Origin: Trichodelitschia bisporula
Taxonomy: Eukaryota
DNA length: 64,000 bases
Reading direction: 5' to 3'
Assembly: GCA_010356995.1 (NCBI GenBank)
Contig: ML996687.1
Span: forward strand, 1,803-65,802
Shown: positions 59,738-64,000 of the stretch, one piece after another
Layout of the letters: the number at the start of each line of letters is the position of its first letter
Numbering within the stretch: position 1 is the stretch's first letter
Translations under genes and position numbers: made by a program
The notes under the pieces: model-generated
What the model saw: the letters and a program-made list of their open reading frames with translations, nothing else
Told to the model about the DNA's origin: nothing
The model's database searches: none

Positions 59738-62608
59738 CTCCAGGCTCGCAATGCAAGCACGTGGTCGCGAGCGAGTAGCTACAGTAGGGCGACGACGCAG
59801 ACTATGCACCTGCAGCCTCTGCGATGGGGTAAATCTCCGCTGCAGATTGCGGGGTGAGGTTCGAAGGGGCTTAAGTGGCGGGATATAGGGCGGGGAAGGC
59901 AAGTATCGCAGGCATGGCGATATGTGTCGTGATCTGGCTTTTTGCTGGGTGGTCGCCTGTGAACCGTTGGGGCTGTGGGATATACCTCCGGGGTGCGAAT
60001 TGACTTCCGGAGCGGAGGGGAGCGTTGAGGCCTTCAGCGGGGGAACCATGCCGCACCGTAACTCTACCAGTCAGTCCCTCCTCAGCGCGGGTTAGGACGG
60101 GCGACGGGGCCAGACACAGCACGAGTCGATCGGCCCAGGCGAACGAGTCGTGCCCTCCATCCAACCCGCGATACGCGCAGCGCAGCGCACACAGTGTCCA
60201 TCTCACTACCGATGATCAGCCAGCGCACATCGAATTGCGATCCAACAAGCTTACGACATCAAGCACTCGCACATACCTCCGCTCGTCGTCACCGTGGAGA
60301 TACACATTTCTCGTCGTGCTTGTTTCCGCTCCGCTCCTCCCCCCCCCCGCCCCCCAACCTCGGCCAGGCACACATCACAAGCACCCCAGGCACCCCCGCC
60401 TGCATGCGCATCTGCAACTGCATGCAGGCTCCCCCGCCGCGCAACTTGCACGACTCAGTTGCGCAAGCAGGTCCGCGGGTCCGTCCGGGCCGGGTGCCGA
60501 ACGACATCGGCGGCCCGAAGGTGATACTCTTTCTTCATCACCGCAATCACTACTGCTTCTAGCAACTGCCGTCATGAGGAGGATTGTTGTCGGCCGTTGG
60601 TGACCCCCACCTCCGCTCGGGCTTGGCACGCCTTCTCCAGCCCTGCGCTTACTGCTTATTGTTCCGACACGCAGTGGCTGGCCGCGAAACACGGCGCCGC
60701 TGCTCGCGCAATTGCCGGTGGCGGGGGTTGCGCCATGGCATGGCGGGCGGGAGGACGGGCGACGGGGGACGGGGACGGGGATGGGGTTGATTGTCAACGG
60801 CGCCCGCTCGCGGGGGCATAGGGGACGATAGCGACGGCCAGAGTCTCGCTGGGGACATCAAACTGTGCAAAAGCAGTCCCCGTGCTGGCGACAATGAAAA
60901 CCTCACGATGTTCTAACCTACGAAGCTTCTGAACCATGATCACCGCGCCGCAAACCCGCAGACTAAGCCGATCGAAACAAATCGAAGGAGCTTCTCGCGG
61001 CTTGGCCATGCTCCCTCCCGCGTCTTCCTGCATTGTCGTCGTCGCAGCAGCTAGAACTAGTCCAGCATCGCAGGATGAAGAAGAAGCCATAGTAGCTCGC
61101 CTTAAGCAGTCCTCCCTCGCCTTAGCCCCTCCCCCGCAAACGCACGACCAGTCGGAGAATACCCAGGCCAACCGTGCTTCACATCTTCCCACCTCTCTGC
61201 GTTCCTCGCACCTCAACACATCCAACCGGGATGTTTCGTCGTGCATCTCGTCGCAGGTCTACGATGCAGGCTGGACAGTTCTGCTTCTGCGTTCTGCGAG
61301 CCCGCACTCCTCCGCCGCTACATGCCCACTCGCTTCGTCTTGCCGCAGAAGAGTATGGCGTTTCTTTCCGCGCACAGGAGCGGAGAGGGGAGTGAGGAGC
61401 GGGATGCCTATCTGCTATGCTATCTCAGTGTATCGCGCAAGGACGTAACCCGTGCACGGGAAAGCCGAAAGCAAAACCCGAAGAACGTTGACAAGCACCC
61501 CAAACCAAACGTCGCCCGTACCCGCGCTTCAACCTCACCACCTCAACCCTTCCCCGCGACAACAAAGCGGCAAAGCACACGACATCGCCTTCCCCCTCAC
61601 CATCCTCCCCGCCATCCTCCCTCCCTCGCACCCCCCATGTCCTTCGTATCCCCCCCATGTATCTCACCCACGCCACGCCCGGGATCCCCCTCCCCCGCCC
61701 CTCCCTCCACACACCCTAACCCGTCCCAGCCTAGCCCGCTTCGCCGTGCCTGTCATGCATGGACGTCCGCGCTGCTCGCCGCTCTCTCAAGAGTCTTTGG
61801 CTACTCCTCGGGTAATCTTATCGATTCATGAGTACCCTATGGGAGGAGTAGGAGCGTGTGAGGTGCGGTCCCTTCCCGACCCCGCATTTGGTGATGGTGA
61901 TGGGAGAGGGGAGACGGGACGGGTGCTGGCGGGGAAAGTGCGGCGGGCAAGGCAAGGCAAGGCTGGGGCAACACGTGCCGATGCGCGAAGGCATGAAGCT
62001 GACTCTGCGCCGCTCCTAGAACTAACAATGTAATCAGCACCCTCCCTCTGTCCCTCCTCTCCTCCCTTTCTCTCAACCTCCTCCATCTCCTAACCCTCAA
62101 TATCCCACCACACCACACCACACCACCCCAAACCCACCCTGCATCGATCTCCGAAACCCACAAACCAGCCCACGGCCACCCCCCCTCCCTCCAACCCCCC
62201 ACCTCACGATCCCATCTCCATCGCCACTAGGATCCCGTTTCAGCGCCCGGTTCAAACCAAGCTTCAGCCCCAGCTAGCGGGCTGCACCACCCGCTCCACG
62301 CCAAAGCGAGCCTGAGTCTGCGCTCTGCGCGCGAACCGCACCAGACCGTCCCAGACCAAACTAGAACTACCCCAGACTCGACCACACCAGCTTACCCACG
62401 CCTCCCGCAGAAAGACCATCAGCGACACGGACACGCCACGCCACCACCCCCCATCGCACGGTTAGTACATTACCCCCCCCCGGGCCGAACGCCTCCCCCA
62501 GCACCATCCCCAAACACCACTCACACATACCCGACACAGCCATCCATAAAGCACATATACCCCCCACCGTCCCCCACCCCATCCACCTTACCACCATCCG
62601 CAAAAAGA

Positions 62609-64000
62609 ATGGGTCACATCGCGCACTGCCTGCGCCGGGACTTCGACATGGCGGGCTCGTTCCTGATAATGGAGGACATACCGTCACCACCCCCCGTTAC
62701 CACACCGCACCCCCTCACTCACCAACGACTCGGAAGCCCGTTCTCCCCCCACCACCGCACCAGCACCATCAGCCCGATGATGGCCACGCACCTCCCCACC
62801 AGCATCACCGGCTCGCCCGCACACCACGGACTGGGCATCTTTTCGCCCACGCACCCCAAGCAACGCACCACGCCCATCGTGAAGTACCAGCTCTGGCCCC
62901 GGCCCTCGCGGACGCCTACCTCGCCGAGCAACTCCTCCTCCCTCCCCGGGGCCAACGACCGCGCCGCCGCACTCGCAGCCGGCCGTTCCCCGACCTCGCT
63001 TTCCGACACTGCGATCCGACCCCCGGGCCGCGCATCCCTGGCAAGAAGGCGGAACATCAGCGTGCCTGAACTCGGGCCGCCGAGGCAGCTTGCCCGCGAG
63101 CGCGAGGCGTGTATGGACAGCCGTAAGCACAGCGCCCTCCAAACCCGAGCCTCACTAACCAGATAGCCACGATCCCCGGCCGCCCGCCTCTCCGCCCGTC
63201 AGCACAGAACCACGGGCACGAACGGTCTTCTTCCGCACCTGGGACATGGCGCTCGCACCCCTTCAGCGCCGCACTCAGCACACCCCTTTCCCCGCCACAC
63301 ACCAACTCAAACCTCGCCCCCTCACCCCCCCACCCCACGCCGCCAACAACTTTCAACCCCACCCGCCCGCTCAGTCCCATTATGTCACCGGCCGACACGC
63401 CCACCACGGCAGTGTACACCCCGACTCCGCCTAGGGTACCGCCTAAGTCGCCACTTGCGCCAGCCGAGGGCAGCAGTAGTGCGAAACTGCTGCTCAAGGC
63501 GAAGAGCATGGCGTCCATGCGCCCGGTTGGGCGTGCAGGGCCGCCGCCGCCCATTCGGGTGCCGACCCCTGTAGTATTGCAGCGAAGGGCAGGAACGCCG
63601 GTTACGCCGGTTAGGGAGGAGGCTATGAAGGAAACGGCGGTGAAGGAGACTCCGGTCAAGGAGTGCGTGGCGAAGGAAGTGGCGACACCTGCAAAGGAAA
63701 TGTCGACGCCCGCCGGGAAAGACACACCGACCCCTGCTGGAAAGGACGAGACACCGGGCTCGATCATGGAGCGCCCGCGGCCGAAGGGCGTACGGCGTAA
63801 GGCCGGGTCCGCGAGCGGGAGCAGCGATGGGAGGGCGTCGCCTTCGGGGACGCCGGACTCACCTGCCCTGCCCCGCGGACTGAGGCCGCAAGCGGCGAGC
63901 GTGGCCATGAGCCAGGCGGAGAAGGAAGGCTTGCGGCAGCAGGCATTTGGGCAGGCGGACCAGTTCGAAGTGCTGGGGGCGAAGGAGGTGGCGGCGATGT
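62609..64000 (+). CDS. Conserved Pro-rich fungal protein, probable Uds1 (up-regulated during septation) domain; partial
   Basis: KYQLWP, RRRNISVPELGP..MDS, intron ~63123-63165, TIPGRPP..HERSSSAP, and LRQQAFGQADQFEVLGAKEV at the window edge. Confidence 0.65.

Overview
Eukaryotic, GC-rich filamentous ascomycete DNA with short spliceosomal introns (many 41-50 nt, GT..CTRAC..YAG). The centre (19.7-40.6 kb) is an extracellular hydroxamate-siderophore cluster: MirB-like SIT transporter, ABCB exporter, SidF transacylase, SidD/NPS6-type NRPS (A-T-C-dA-T-C), a SidA-like flavoprotein and SidI acyl-CoA ligase, with SreA-type GATA boxes in the promoters. The SidA-like gene is apparently intact and carries two perfect SreA-type boxes, but its substrate- and NADPH-binding residues are altered; no sidH is visible. 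The flanks hold transporters, a P450, secreted esterases and several non-self-recognition-type genes: a frameshifted alpha/beta-hydrolase NLR-like gene, a HET pseudogene lacking its HET core, a HeLo-like/Sel1 fusion, and a HIT gene separated from an in-frame HET gene by a single TGA. Several pseudogenes absent from the ORF track were reconstructed by hand. All family assignments are by motif recognition; no database searches were run.
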